Source: Octopus bimaculoides
Lineage: Eukaryota
Assembly: GCF_001194135.2 (NCBI RefSeq)
Contig: NC_068981.1
Span: 101,953,681 to 102,017,680 of the forward strand
Reading direction: 5' to 3'
DNA: 64,000 nucleotides
Shown: positions 52,180 to 64,000 of the stretch, in pieces
Layout of the letters: each line of letters starts with the position of its first letter
Position numbering within the stretch: the stretch's first letter is position 1
The notes under the pieces: generated by a model
Seen by the model: the letters and a program-made list of their open reading frames with translations, nothing else
What the model was told of the DNA's origin: nothing
Databases searched by the model: none
Translations under genes and position numbers: made by a program

Positions 52180-52400
52180 TCATCATCATTTAATGTCCAT
52201 TTTCCATGCTTGCATGGGTTTGATGGTTTGACAGGATCAGACAAGCAATAAAGCTGTGTTGAGCCTTACTTTCAGGTTTGGCTTGGTTTCTACAACCGAA
52301 TGCCACCCCCCCCCTCCCATTAATGCCAACCACTTTATAAAGTGTAGTGGGTGCTTTTATTATGCCACTGGCATGAGTGAGGTTGCCAAATAACTTGCAA
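52180..52400 (-). mobile_element. family B SINE / RTE tail
   Basis: (CAT)n TTAATGTCCATTTTCCATGCTTGCATGGG, similar to 1286. Confidence 0.7.
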
Positions 52401-53715
52401 GGCAAGAAAAGAACAGGAAGAAGGAGAAAAAAAGGAAGGGAGGAAAGGATGGAAAAAAACCCCTTTGTTGAGGTGATATTTGAGAGGAGGAGGGTAATGG
52501 TTTTATGCCAGGTGTTGAGAAGCTAGAGTGTGAGGGAAGAACAAGCCCAGGTGACTTGTAATTAAGGTACAAGGCTGAATAATTGGAAAGCTGGAAAGAA
52601 AGCAGAAGTGGTGGTAAGATAGAGGGAGGGAAGGAGATGGAATAGAGGTACATGCATGTAGTGAGTGATAGTGAGAGATATAGGAGTGACTCGGGGAGCT
52701 ATAGTAAGTGGAATGTGATGGCAGATGTGAGAGGTCATTGAGAGTGTATAGTAGATATAAGAGGTGTTAAGAATAGAGTATAGCAGAGGAGGGCAATGGC
52801 TGAAGGCAGAAAAGGAAGTGATTGGTGGAAACGGTGTAGGCAGGGATGATAATGAGAAATGGANNNNNNNNNNNNNNNNNNNNNNNNNNNNNNNNNNNNN
52901 NNNNNNNNNNNNNNNNNNNNNNNNNNNNNNNNNNNNNNNNNNNNNNNNNNNNNNNNNNNNNNNNNNNNNNNNNNNNNNNNNNNNNNNNNNNNNNNNNNNN
53001 NNNNNNNNNNNNNNNNNNNNNNNNNNNNNNNNNNNNNNNNNNNNNNNNNNNNNNNNNNNNNNNNNNNNNNNNNNNNNNNNNNNNNNNNNNNNNNNNNNNN
53101 NNNNNNNNNNNNNNNNNNNNNNNNNNNNNNNNNNNNNNNNNNNNNNNNNNNNNNNNNNNNNNNNNNNNNNNNNNNNNNNNNNNNNNNNNNNNNNNNNNNN
53201 NNNNNNNNNNNNNNNNNNNNNNNNNNNNNNNNNNNNNNNNNNNNNNNNNNNNNNNNNNNNNNNNNNNNNNNNNNNNNNNNNNNNNNNNNNNNNNNNNNNN
53301 NNNNNNNNNNNNNNNNNNNNNNNNNNNNNNNNNNNNNNNNNNNNNNNNNNNNNNNNNNNNNNNNNNNNNNNNNNNNNNNNNNNNNNNNNNNNNNNNNNNN
53401 NNNNNNNNNNNNNNNNNNNNNNNNNNNNNNNNNNNNNNNNNNNNNNNNNNNNNNNNNNNNNNNNNNNNNNNNNNNNNNNNNNNNNNNNNNNNNNNNNNNN
53501 NNNNNNNNNNNNNNNNNNNNNNNNNNNNNNNNNNNNNNNNNNNNNNNNNNNNNNNNNNNNNNNNNNNNNNNNNNNNNNNNNNNNNNNNNNNNNNNNNNNN
53601 NNNNNNNNNNNNNNNNNNNNNNNNNNNNNNNNNNNNNNNNNNNNNNNNNNNNNNNNNNNNNNNNNNNNNNNNNNNNNNNNNNNNNNNNNNNNNNNNNNNN
53701 NNNNNNNNNNNNNNN

Positions 53716-53792
<77 letters not shown>

Positions 53793-54947
53793 TCATGTAT
53801 ATATGCATGCATTTGTGTGTGTGTATGTGTGTGTATTGACTGAGCTGACATCTAATTAACCAGTTGATTAAGTCCCCAGGAACCAATCAACATGAATTTT
53901 ATCATATATTTCACTCGCAGTATTGAGTCCCCCAATGAATAAATTTCCATTGTTAGCCTTAGATTTGCTTTAAAATAATGATGTCAATTTAACATATATA
54001 CATATTTATATGATTAAGTACATACATACATACATACATATACATATATTGGTTAGCATGACAAGAATAACTCCAAGCCTTGAGAGAGTACAGAGTTTTC
54101 AACACCTAGAAGACAGAGTAATTATAGTTAATGTAAATTTGATTGCTACAGTTGCACCTCTGTTTCACTTGTGAAAGTTCAAAACAAGAAAAAATAAAAA
54201 CAAAATAAAAATCAACATGATAGCATATATATTGTATGTGTGCATGTAGGTGCAAAATTAATGATGAAAATAACATGGAAGACAAGAATGAATACAGTAT
54301 AATTATTAGGTTTAAACCAAAGGAAATAGGAAATACACACACACACTCACACACACGCACACATGTGCATGTGTTTATACATAGACAAAAACTCACACAA
54401 ATGAATAGATATAAAATACATATGTATTCACACAAATACACACTCTTACATATTATATAGATACGAATTATATTTATGCTTTACACTCAAACACACGAAA
54501 TAATGAAGTAGACAGTCAGATGTAATTAATGTTAATGTTGAATGTTACACAATGAAAGAGCATTTTTGTATTTGCATGACCTGTTATAAACAGCAACCAA
54601 TGTTTAAAATAGAAAAACGTGAGTCCTAAGTACACTATCTAAACAAAAATCAGAATGGTTGTTACAGTTGGATTGCTTCAGGCTAGAGACTGACTGCATG
54701 AGTTTGACCCAAAACTAAACGACAGCATTACTATTTAGCTGTTGTTGCTTAGTCTCAGGTCAAGCCTTATTGAGCAAAGGCGTTTCAACTGTTAGAACTA
54801 TCTTTTTAATCATCATCATCATCATCATCAACATTTTATCATCCTCTTTTCCATCTTTGCAGGAGTCAGATGGAATTTTGGTTTGGGAGATTTTTCTATG
54901 GCTGGGTACCCTTTCTGTTGCTAGCCCTCATTTATTTTCTGTTGCTG

Positions 54948-55140
54948 AAGGCGGCAAGCTACGAGGCAAAATGCTTAGTGGTATCTTTATCTTCACATTC
55001 CATGTTCAAATACCACAGAGATTGACTTTGCCTTTCATCCTTTTGGGGTCGATAAAATAAGTACCAGTTGAATACTGGGGTCGACGTAATTGACATACCT
55101 CCTCCCTCAAAATTGCTGGCCTTGTGCCAAAATCTGAAAC
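54948..55140 (+). mobile_element. SINE family C
   Basis: Core TTGACTTTGCCTTTCATCCTTTTGGGGTCGATAAAATAAGTACCAG and tail. Confidence 0.85.
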
Positions 55141-55965
55141 TAATATTTCCCTGTGGCCAGATATGTTTTCATAGAAAATTGGGAAAATGAAAGACACCAC
55201 TTGTATGACAGTGATGCATATTTGCAACATAAAATAAGGATGGACACACACACATGTTTGTATATATATTTGACCTGGAGCTACAGCAGAAGACACTAGC
55301 CCAGGATGCTATGTAGTGGGGTTGAACACAAAACTTTGTTGTTGGGAAGTGACTTTTTAAGCACCATCCATGAGATGTAGAAATTCATTCGTTCAATGTG
55401 ACCTTCCTTTATCTAGAGGATACAATGCAATCTCAAGTAGATCTGGCTGCTATTTGTAGCAGATCAAGTCACAATGTAGAGGCTCTTCTCACTTGCTCAT
55501 AGTTTAAGGAGTAGTAAATCTAGCACAAAGAAAACAAAATATGAATGAATGAATGAAAAACAACAGACAAAAAATAGCACAAAAAATACAGAAAGAAGCA
55601 TAATAGTGCAGCGGTGTCTTGGCAAAGGGCCATCCAGCACAGTGTATGGTATGGAGGCACACACTACGTATTTCCTCTTTATAGATAAATAGCTTCACAA
55701 GTAACATTAGTTTGTAGTTATTGAGATATCTATTTTATGACAATGAAACAAACACTGGCTCTCACTTGAACATGTGCCAAAGGTCTCTTTGCAAAGAATG
55801 GCAAGACAAACAGAGCAATAAAAGAAGAAACACAAATTCAAGGGTACAAGACACTAGACATGGCATCGGAAAGATGAAGAGAGAACGAGAAAGGTGGAGA
55901 CAAAGTGAGTGCAATAAAAGTATGTGCGTGTGTATATAGTTTTTTTCTCATTTATTGTGACAAAC

Positions 55966-56009
<44 letters not shown>

Positions 56010-56324
56010 TGTATATATTTTAAAATTATTTTTTATATATTTTTCATTTTGTCCTGCCTGCCTAAGCTCTGGTATTTTTGCTGAATTCGTGATTGGGTCG
56101 TTGATGACCTCTTTCTAGCATATTGGATGTCCACCTAATGGTCATCCCTTCTTATACGCATGTAATACAATTTTTCTGAATTATCAGATTTTTTATATGC
56201 TAGACCACTGGTTTTAAATTGAAATTAATATTCAATTTATCACCCTCAGTATATAAATATATATATATATTATTAGTACACACATGCATATGCACATAGA
56301 CATACATGCACACATGTGTGTATA

Positions 56325-56479
56325 GGTGCAGGTTATGGTTGTGTGGGTACAAAGCTGACTCTGCCGCTATGAGTTATATCTCATGGCATACCACCTTGCA
56401 CAAGTGTCTTCAAGTGCAGCCTTGGCGTGGCCAATGCCTTGTGAGAAAAATTGGTAGACAGAAACTGTATGGAACCCAG

Positions 56480-56523
<44 letters not shown>

Positions 56524-56878
56524 ATATAAGAAATTTGCTTCCCAACCACATGGTTCCAGGTTTATTTCCACTCCATGGCACCTTGGGCCGACCAAAGCTT
56601 TGTGAGTGGATTTGGTAGACAAAAGCAGACAGAAGCTCATTATGTGTGTGTGTGTTTGTACATGTCTTTATGTCAGTGTTTGTTGCCCACCACCACTTGA
56701 AAACACCTTGTTGGTGTCTTTAAATCCCTGTAACTTAGCAGCTTGGCAAAAGAGACTGATAGAAAAAATACCAGGCTTAAAAAGAAAATAAATACTGAGG
56801 TCAACTAGTTTGACTAAATTTCCTCAAGGTGGTGCCCCAGCATGGCTGCAGTCTAATGACTGAAACAAGTAAAAGAGT
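56325..56878 (+). mobile_element. two tandem family A SINEs (56325-56480 partial; 56528-56878 with internal deletion)
   Basis: Collinear with 44967-45358, separated by (TA)n. Confidence 0.7.
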
Positions 56879-58099
56879 ATATACATGTCTGTGTATGCAT
56901 GTGTGTGTGTGTATGCATGCATATGCGTGTATTTTCTTTTAAATATTTTGCTCTGAACGTTTATTTTAGTCAATTTAAACTCCATGCAAACACATGCTTG
57001 TTATGGATATTGCATTGAAATAATAATATATTGGAGTTTAATTTAATCCTATGCCAAAATAATAATGATTTTAAATTCAATGAGTATATTTTTATAGTAA
57101 TTATGCATTAATGCAATACACACACACATGTAGTATGTGTATATGTAAGTGCGTGAATGCATGCATTTGTGATACCTTGTCTTGAGATTATGCGATAGTT
57201 TCAAACTTTGACATCATTTAGGAGGTATCATATATTTCCAATCTTCTGTGAAAGCATGTCAGGGCATGCAGAAATATTGGTTTCACATTTTGGCACAATG
57301 TCAGCAATAATGTTGTATGGAGCATGACAATCCAACCAAGCCCTTTCCAACATGGAAAAATGATGTAAAATGACAAGGGTGAGGGATGATGATGATGAAA
57401 CCTATATGCATGTATTTGTGTATTTTTATGTGTGCATGTGTCTGTGTGTATATGTATATGTGTGTGCGTGTGTGTGTGTGTGTGTGTAAAATGCTAGCAT
57501 AGGTTGGATGGTTTGACAGAAGCTGACTGAGATTCATGTGTTTCAGCATGGTTTCTACAGCTGGATGCCTTTCCTATTGCCAACCACTTTACAAAGTGTA
57601 TTGAGTGCACTTATGTGGCATCAGCACTTATACATGACACCAGCACCCATGAGCCCGCAAGAACTTTATATTTTGTACTTGCTTCAGTCATTGGACTGCA
57701 GCCATATTGGGGCAGCACCTTGAAAAATTTAATCAAATAAATTGATCCCTGTACTTATTTATTTTCTAAGCTTGGTACTCATTCTATCAATCACACATAC
57801 ATACCCACCCACTCACAACAGAGATGTAAACGTATATTAAACTTCATGTATGTAGAGAAGAAAATAATGAGAAAAATCTAATGAATGCTTTAAGCCAGAT
57901 ATGATTTATAAATAGCATTTTCTCTTTTTTTCCATTTTACATATATATATTTTCTATTATCTATGGCAAATCGTTCTGTTGGATAGGCAGTATAAATAAA
58001 CCAAAAGGTCTGCTTCTTAACAAACTCCCATCCAAACCCACACACCACGTTCGCTGCAAAATTATTGCGGCTTGTATATTGACCTTCCCTTTATCTTAC

Positions 58100-58126
58100 C
58101 ACTCAATAATATTGATTTCTTCTTGA
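58100..58126 (-). CDS. candidate 27-nt symmetric microexon
   Basis: GACTTTCTGCCCAG|TCAAGAAGAAATCAATATTATTGAGTG|GTAAGA. Two frames open (KKKSILLS or QEEINIIE). Confidence 0.3.
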
Positions 58127-58499
58127 CTGGGCAGAAAGTCAACGGTTGGTAGCCACAGTGTGAGTGTGCATAAGTGTAAGTGAGTATGTGAGTGCATGTG
58201 TGTATATAAGCTTTTGAGTTCATGTGTAAGTGTGTGTGTGTGTGTGTGTGTGTGAGAGCATGTGTATGCGTGTCATTGTTCACCCATTTGTTTATTTCTA
58301 TGCTATGTCTGTTTAATTGATGCTAGCATGGGTTGAACAGATTTATTTTTTCAGGCACAACCAGAAGCTCTTCTTGTAAATAAGCCTTACGTGTTTCTCA
58401 AGTAAGGGATCACTTATCTCCAAATCTTGGAAGATGCAAATCCAGCAAGTGATTTGCTGACAGCAGAAATGACAATGTTACTGCATGTAGCTTAGCAAT

Positions 58500-58712
58500 T
58501 TTGGGGAATTAGTAGAATTGTTAGCATGCCAGACAAAATGCTTAGTGGCATTTTGTCTGTTTTTACAGCCTGAGTTCAAATTCTGCTGAGACTGACTTTA
58601 CCTTTCATCCTTTTGGGGTAAAATTAAGTATCAGCTGAGTATTGGTGCCAATGTTTAATGACTTAACGCCTTCCTCCTAAATTGCTGGCCTTGTGCCAAA
58701 ATTTGAAACCAA
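58500..58712 (+). mobile_element. SINE family C
   Basis: Head, B-box, core and tail are all present. Confidence 0.8.
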
Positions 58713-58922
58713 TTTTTGGAGAAGTGCAATTGTATGAAGGAAAATAAGGTACATGTGTAAGCTTCAGTTTCCATGTACCAAATCCATTCACAGGGATTAG
58801 GTCAGCCTGGTACTACAGTAGAAGATGTTTGCCTAAGGTACCATGCAGTGGGACTGAACTGAAAACCATGTGGTTGCAAAGGGAACTTTTCAGCTGCACA
58901 GTTGTGTGACTGTTGTCAATTA

Positions 58923-60202
58923 TTAGGTCGTCAAGTATGAAATTTGTAGTAAGGTATATGGTAAACTTTGACAGCTGCTCATTTTGCGCCATTATTATAT
59001 TTTGACAATCTTTATTTTTTGTTGGAAAACTGACACGTCTATTTCATTATTCTATCTCGTTCTGCACTTTATAAAGTATTTATAAATTGTTTTTTGCTAT
59101 TTTAGTTTAGAGATGGATAAGTTGGGAATTCATACAGTTTTGAAATATGAGTTCTTTCTTAGAAATACAGCATCACAGACAGCTTAGAATATTAATGAAG
59201 TATTTCATTCTAATGTTATTATACAGTAGACAGTATCTAACTGGTTTGTAAAATGTCATTCTAGTAATTTTGACCTCACAAATGAGCAACACAGTCAACC
59301 AGAAACAAAGGTGGATCATGAAAAACTGAAAGCCACTGTCGAGTCAGATCCATCTCAAAGTGCCCGTGAATTATCGTTGTTGTTTGGTGTTAGCAAGCAA
59401 ACAATATTGACTCACCTAGTTCAAATCGGTAAAATGAAAAAGTTGGATAAGTGGGTTCCACATAAACTCAATGAAATTCAGAAACAGTAACGTTTGGAAT
59501 CCTGCATTGTGCTACTTTCTAGTCACAAAAATGAATCATTTTTGAAACGAATTGTAACGTGATGAGAAATGGATCCAATACAACAACCATAAACGTTCAG
59601 CACAATGGCCACACAAAGACGAGCCACTAAAACATAGTCCAAAAAGTAAAATTCATCAAAAGAAGCTGATGGTGTGTGTTTGGTGGTCTGGTGCAGTTGT
59701 GATCCATTATGATTTCATTAAACCTGGCTCATCAATCACGGCCAAAGTATACTGTAGCCAACTAGACCTAATGATGCATAAACTTACAAAAAATAGCCTA
59801 GATTAGTCAACAGCTCCACTCCTATTTTGTTGCAAGACAACGCCAGACCACACATCGCAAAAATGACATTGGCAAAACTACAGGAGTTGGAGTTGGAAGT
59901 TCTCCATCATCCACCATACTCACCTGATCTTGCGCCCACTGACTACCACTTCTTCCAGAATTTGGATAACTTTTTGATAGGAAAACAATTTAATTATGAC
60001 GATGCTGTCAAACAGGCCTTCCAAGGTTTTATTGACTCTAGATTGCTAGGCTTTTACAGTTCCGGGCGGGACAAGCTACTGCTGAAATGGCAAAAGTGTA
60101 TTGACAATGTGGTAGCATACTTTGATGAATAAAACTATTCCTTGTATTCATACATTAGCAAACTTTTTTTCTTTTCTACAACTTTCATACTTGGTGACCT
60201 AA
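58923..60202 (+). mobile_element. full-length mariner (DD34D) transposon, 1280 bp
   Basis: TA|TTAGGTCGTCAAGTATGAAATTTGTA ... TACAACTTTCATACTTGGTGACCTAA|TA: 26-bp TIR with 3 mismatches and TA TSD. Confidence 0.95.
59113..60132 (+). pseudogene. mariner transposase pseudogene
   Basis: MDKLGIHTVLKYEF..., KWVPHKL, IVT(C)DEKW, LQDNARPH, HPPYSPDLAPTDYHFF, with D(34)D spacing counted. At least 4 stops and 2 frameshifts (near 59560 and 59793). Confidence 0.95.
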
Positions 60203-60267
60203 TACATTACCCCACCTCCCCAAACCTATCCCTTTTATTTCATTCAAATCCCAACCAACTCCCTTAA

Positions 60268-60489
60268 CCCTTTCGTTACCGTATTTATTTTGAGATGCTC
60301 TGTGTTTCCTTCAATTATTTTAAATATAACAAAGAATTTAAGTCAAATAACTTAGTTATCATTAAGCTGGTGTTAGGAACATAAATTGTGACTAAGGTCT
60401 GGTGGAAGATTTTAATTCAGAACTTATGAAAACAAAACATTTGTACTACAGAGCCAGAGGTGGTTTCAGCCGGGTTGGTATCGAAAAGG
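60268..60489. mobile_element. piggyBac-type MITE family 2, 222 bp
   Basis: TTAA|CCCTTTCGTTACC ... GGTATCGAAAAGG|TTAA: 11/13 TIR match and TTAA TSD. Confidence 0.85.
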
Positions 60490-61482
60490 TTAAGTAAGAC
60501 AGGGCAGAATTTAGATAATAGTTGATGATGATTATGATATTTTACCCCAGGTCAGTTCTGATCAAGAAACCCTATGATCAACAATATTCCAGCCCTGACC
60601 GACTTTTCTTTCATTTACGTGTTGAGATTGAAATATTCAACATGATTTCCTCTAAAATAACAGGGTGTGGAATTGAGGGAGATTTGGCTGCTATTTCTAA
60701 CAGGTTAAGTGACTATATCTGGGTTTCTACATTAATTTGGGATGTCTGAGCTGGACCTATGTGGAGGTAGTTAATTCAGATACACTTAGAAGCACTTTCT
60801 ACTCGCCAGCAGCCCTTTGACAAAACTAATTAAGAGTAATTAGTGTTAATGTCATCATTGATATTAAATTTCAATGATTTTCTATAAACAATTAGTGGAT
60901 CGATGTTAGCCAGGTATACAGAATACCCAGTAGTGACCAGCCAAAAAGTCAGCAGTTACTAATCAGTTGCCAGATTAGAGATTAGAGACCAATACACTTG
61001 ATATCCAGAAGTCTGGTTCATCTACCTCAAATAGTTACTGCAAAGAATATTTACTGCTGTAGATAGCAGTAGCATTGTAAACTGCTGAGTGCTTTGTCAG
61101 TTTGCTGAACTTCCATCTAGCAAGTGTGCTTGGAAGATAATTTACTGTTCATGATTTTGTTTATCTCTACATCTGCCCTGAGTGAACAGGCCTAGAAAGC
61201 TTGCTTCATGGGAAGAGAGCTGGTTTTAAGCTACTTATACAGATTTGTTCAAATTGGGCCCTGCACTAAGAGAGGGCCTAATCTGTTGTGCAGTTTAATA
61301 CTAACACCATCACACTTTTAGGTCACTGATAAAAACTAGGCTGCACATAACAAAAAAAAAAAAACTCTTTATTAACGAGAAGAAAAGATAGTTTGCATAA
61401 TTCTTCTTTATCATGATGCTAAATAATTTTAGAAACCTTAAAACCATCTTATTCAAAACAAAAAAAAAACATTGCTATTTAC

Positions 61483-61500
61483 CTGTCACAGACCAACCCC
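61483..61500 (-). CDS. candidate 18-nt symmetric microexon
   Basis: ATGTTTCTTGTAG|GGGGTTGGTCTGTGACAG|GTAAAT. Two frames open (GWSVT or GLVCD). Confidence 0.25.
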
Positions 61501-62029
61501 CTACAAGAAACATTGCTTTAGGTTAAAATACTAGAGTGTATTACATTTGTAACATGTATAGAATATACAGTACAAACTGTAATATTTTGTCTTGGAAAGA
61601 CATCTCAAAGACAGTTGCTTGTTAAAAATGCAGAGCTTTACTCAGAATGCTGGTGAATTACCAGACATGGTATTTCAATCTGATTAGGTTTCTTCAGTGA
61701 CAAATACCCCAGATGTTCTGAGTGAAGCCAACAATGCTTGATCCAATATAGAAATCAGTAAACAAAGCAATTTTGGTTATTATATCAAAACTAGTATTAT
61801 TGGCTTAGTCCAGAACATTCAGGGTATTTGTCACTAAGGAGACCTAATCAAGCTAAAACAATGTCTGGCAAATCCACAAGCATTCTGAGCAAGGCTCTGT
61901 GTCTTTTAGCACACAAGTCTCTTCAAGATGTTTCTCTGAGACAATATATTACAGCTAGTGCCATTCCACATTTGCATATATATTACATATATTATGCACA
62001 CCAGTATTTTAATCAAAGAATCTTTCAAG

Positions 62030-62520
62030 TCATCATCATAATTCAATATCTAATTTTCCATGCTTGCATGGATCTGATGGAATTTTCTGAAGCAGATTTT
62101 TTAATATCCAGATGCCCTTTCTATTGCCAACCCTTACCTGTTTCCAAGCACGATAATACTTTCCCCATATTGAAGCAAATTTTCTATGGCTAGATGCCTT
62201 TCCAACTGCCAACCCTCATCTGTTTTCAAGCAAGGTAATATTTTCCCATAACCAAATATGTTTTATACAGAAAAACTGGAAACAAACAATCTCAATGATG
62301 CTCGTTTACAACCATCGTGTGGCATCTAGATAAGGGTACAAACAGACACACACAAATATACACAATGGGCTTTCTTCAGTTTTGATACCAAATCCATTCA
62401 CAAGGTTTTGTTTGATTCAAGATTACAATAGAAGGCATTTGCCCAAGCTGCCATACAGTGGGACTGAACCCAACACCATATGGTTGGAAAGTTTCTTAAT
62501 CATACAGCCATGTCTGCACC
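62030..62520 (-). mobile_element. cluster of family B-like tails and a family A head
   Basis: GATGCCCTTTCTATTGCCAACCCT...GTTTCCAAGC occurs twice, followed by a family A head in reverse. Confidence 0.6.
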
Positions 62521-63063
62521 CACTGGCAGGTGTGTTCATTAACTGACTGCTTTAAGTGCTTTTAGTCTTTGGCAGAGACCATTCTGTTGTCAATATTTAG
62601 ACCACGTCCCCAGGTCAGAGGATGCTGCTGCTGATTCTTACAGCAGCAATCCATGCAACGTACAATTTTTCCACCATTCCCCTGTGGATCCAGTCTCACA
62701 GGCTAGAGAAAGGTTATGGGCACTGCTGTTTGTCTTCTGGCAAAATCATTAAAAAAATAACAACGAAAACAAGGAGAAAAAAAATATTGCTGGAGTTCAT
62801 TTGTGCTTCAAAAATAAGTTAATAAAATTCCATAAATTCAATAAGCTCTTGTAGCGTGATGTGAGGTTATTTCTAATATTTTGGGCCAGGCACATCTCCC
62901 TATGACATGCAAAGTTATTCAATTGTAAGAAATTATTCCAAGAATATCCTATGATTGATTTTGTCCACCATTTTTCTTTTCGTTCTTTACTCATGCTCAT
63001 CTTTTGTTTTGTTTTCTTTTTGTATTTTTTCTCCAATATATTATTACAAAAATATATAAAATA

Positions 63064-63584
63064 CTAGCAGAGCAACCCAGCGTTGCCCGGGAATGAAATT
63101 GTTGTTTATATACTGGAATGAAAAAAGCAAAATATGCTGTATAGAAATCTGAGGACATTCTGTAGATGGACTCTCAGATGAATGATGACTGGGCACCTCT
63201 CATGAATTGGAAAATTGAAGATGCGCCAAAAAGCCTCATTGGTACTTGGAAACTTTTACGAAAATTAAAATGTGTATGCGCGCGCGCGTGCGTGGGGTGT
63301 TCCACAATCGCCATTTATTTCAATTACTCTTGTGAGGATATTTACGTAAGTCATTTTTTTCATTTAATCCCCGTTTTAATTTTCGTAAAAGTTTCCAAGT
63401 ACCAATGAAGCTTTTTGGCACATCTTCAATTTTCCCCATTCATGAGAGGCGCCCAGCCATCATTCATCTGAGAGTCCATCTACAGAATGTCCTCTCAAAT
63501 TTCTATACAGCATATTTTGCCTTTTTTTCTTCAAGTATATAAGCAACAATTTCATTCCCGAGCAACGCCGGGTGCCTCTGCTAG
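63064..63584. mobile_element. foldback element, ~210-bp inverted arms each ending in a Helitron-type hairpin and CTAG
   Basis: Arms 63062-63270 and 63374-63586 are about 90% identical, with a 103-bp spacer. Ends read TA-CTAG...CTAG-TA. Confidence 0.85.
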
Positions 63585-63732
63585 TACTACATACACACCG
63601 CTCTCTCACACACATACATCCAAAAATGATGGATGCATATGACAACACACCCCTTGACTCACTCACACTGTCTCTTACAAACACACACATACATAAATAT
63701 ATACAAACATATTTACAAAGACACACGCGTGC

Positions 63733-63772
<40 letters not shown>

Positions 63773-64000
63773 CAGAGCCAGTGAAGGGGTGTGTCGACAA
63801 TTATACGTACATACATAAATAGTCATACATTTCTTGTACGTATGTGTGAGTGTGTGTGTGAGAGAGAGAGAGAGTCACTGAAACATCTCTCTGTCTGTCT
63901 TCCTGTCTGTCTCTCTCTCTCACACACACACACGTGCAGATATACACACAGAAAAGATGTATGCATATGAATTTATGTATGTACGTAGACATCACAAGAC

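Noticed and set aside
52400-52863. Purine-rich stretch with ORFs on the minus strand
   Set aside because: Low-complexity GA-rich sequence running into a gap, with no protein motif.

Overview
Eukaryotic, AT-rich, repeat-saturated scaffold with about 10 N-gaps and many (TA)n, (CA)n, (GA)n, (TAA)n and (TATG)n microsatellites. The SINE families and repeat landscape suggest a coleoid cephalopod, probably Octopus (inference). No intact host gene, rRNA, functional tRNA or CRISPR array can be supported, and most ORF-track entries are microsatellite, gap or antisense-SINE artefacts. The recognisable content is transposable elements: a full-length decayed DD34D mariner (58923-60202), an internally deleted DD41D element (46911-47808), hAT- and piggyBac-type MITEs, and LINE fragments (RTE, R4/Dong, Tx1/L1, CR1-like). 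There are also two Penelope-like remnants and dozens of SINEs. The most unusual structures are a decayed tandem array of tRNA-like units in which two units share a SINE insertion site (45440-46590), a foldback with Helitron-type 3' ends at both termini (63064-63584), a 300-bp near-perfect hairpin (40761-41062) and a (TAA)n insertion hotspot (31985-34860). Several candidate small exons, mostly on the minus strand, are low confidence. All alignments and translations were done by eye. SINE boundaries are approximate.
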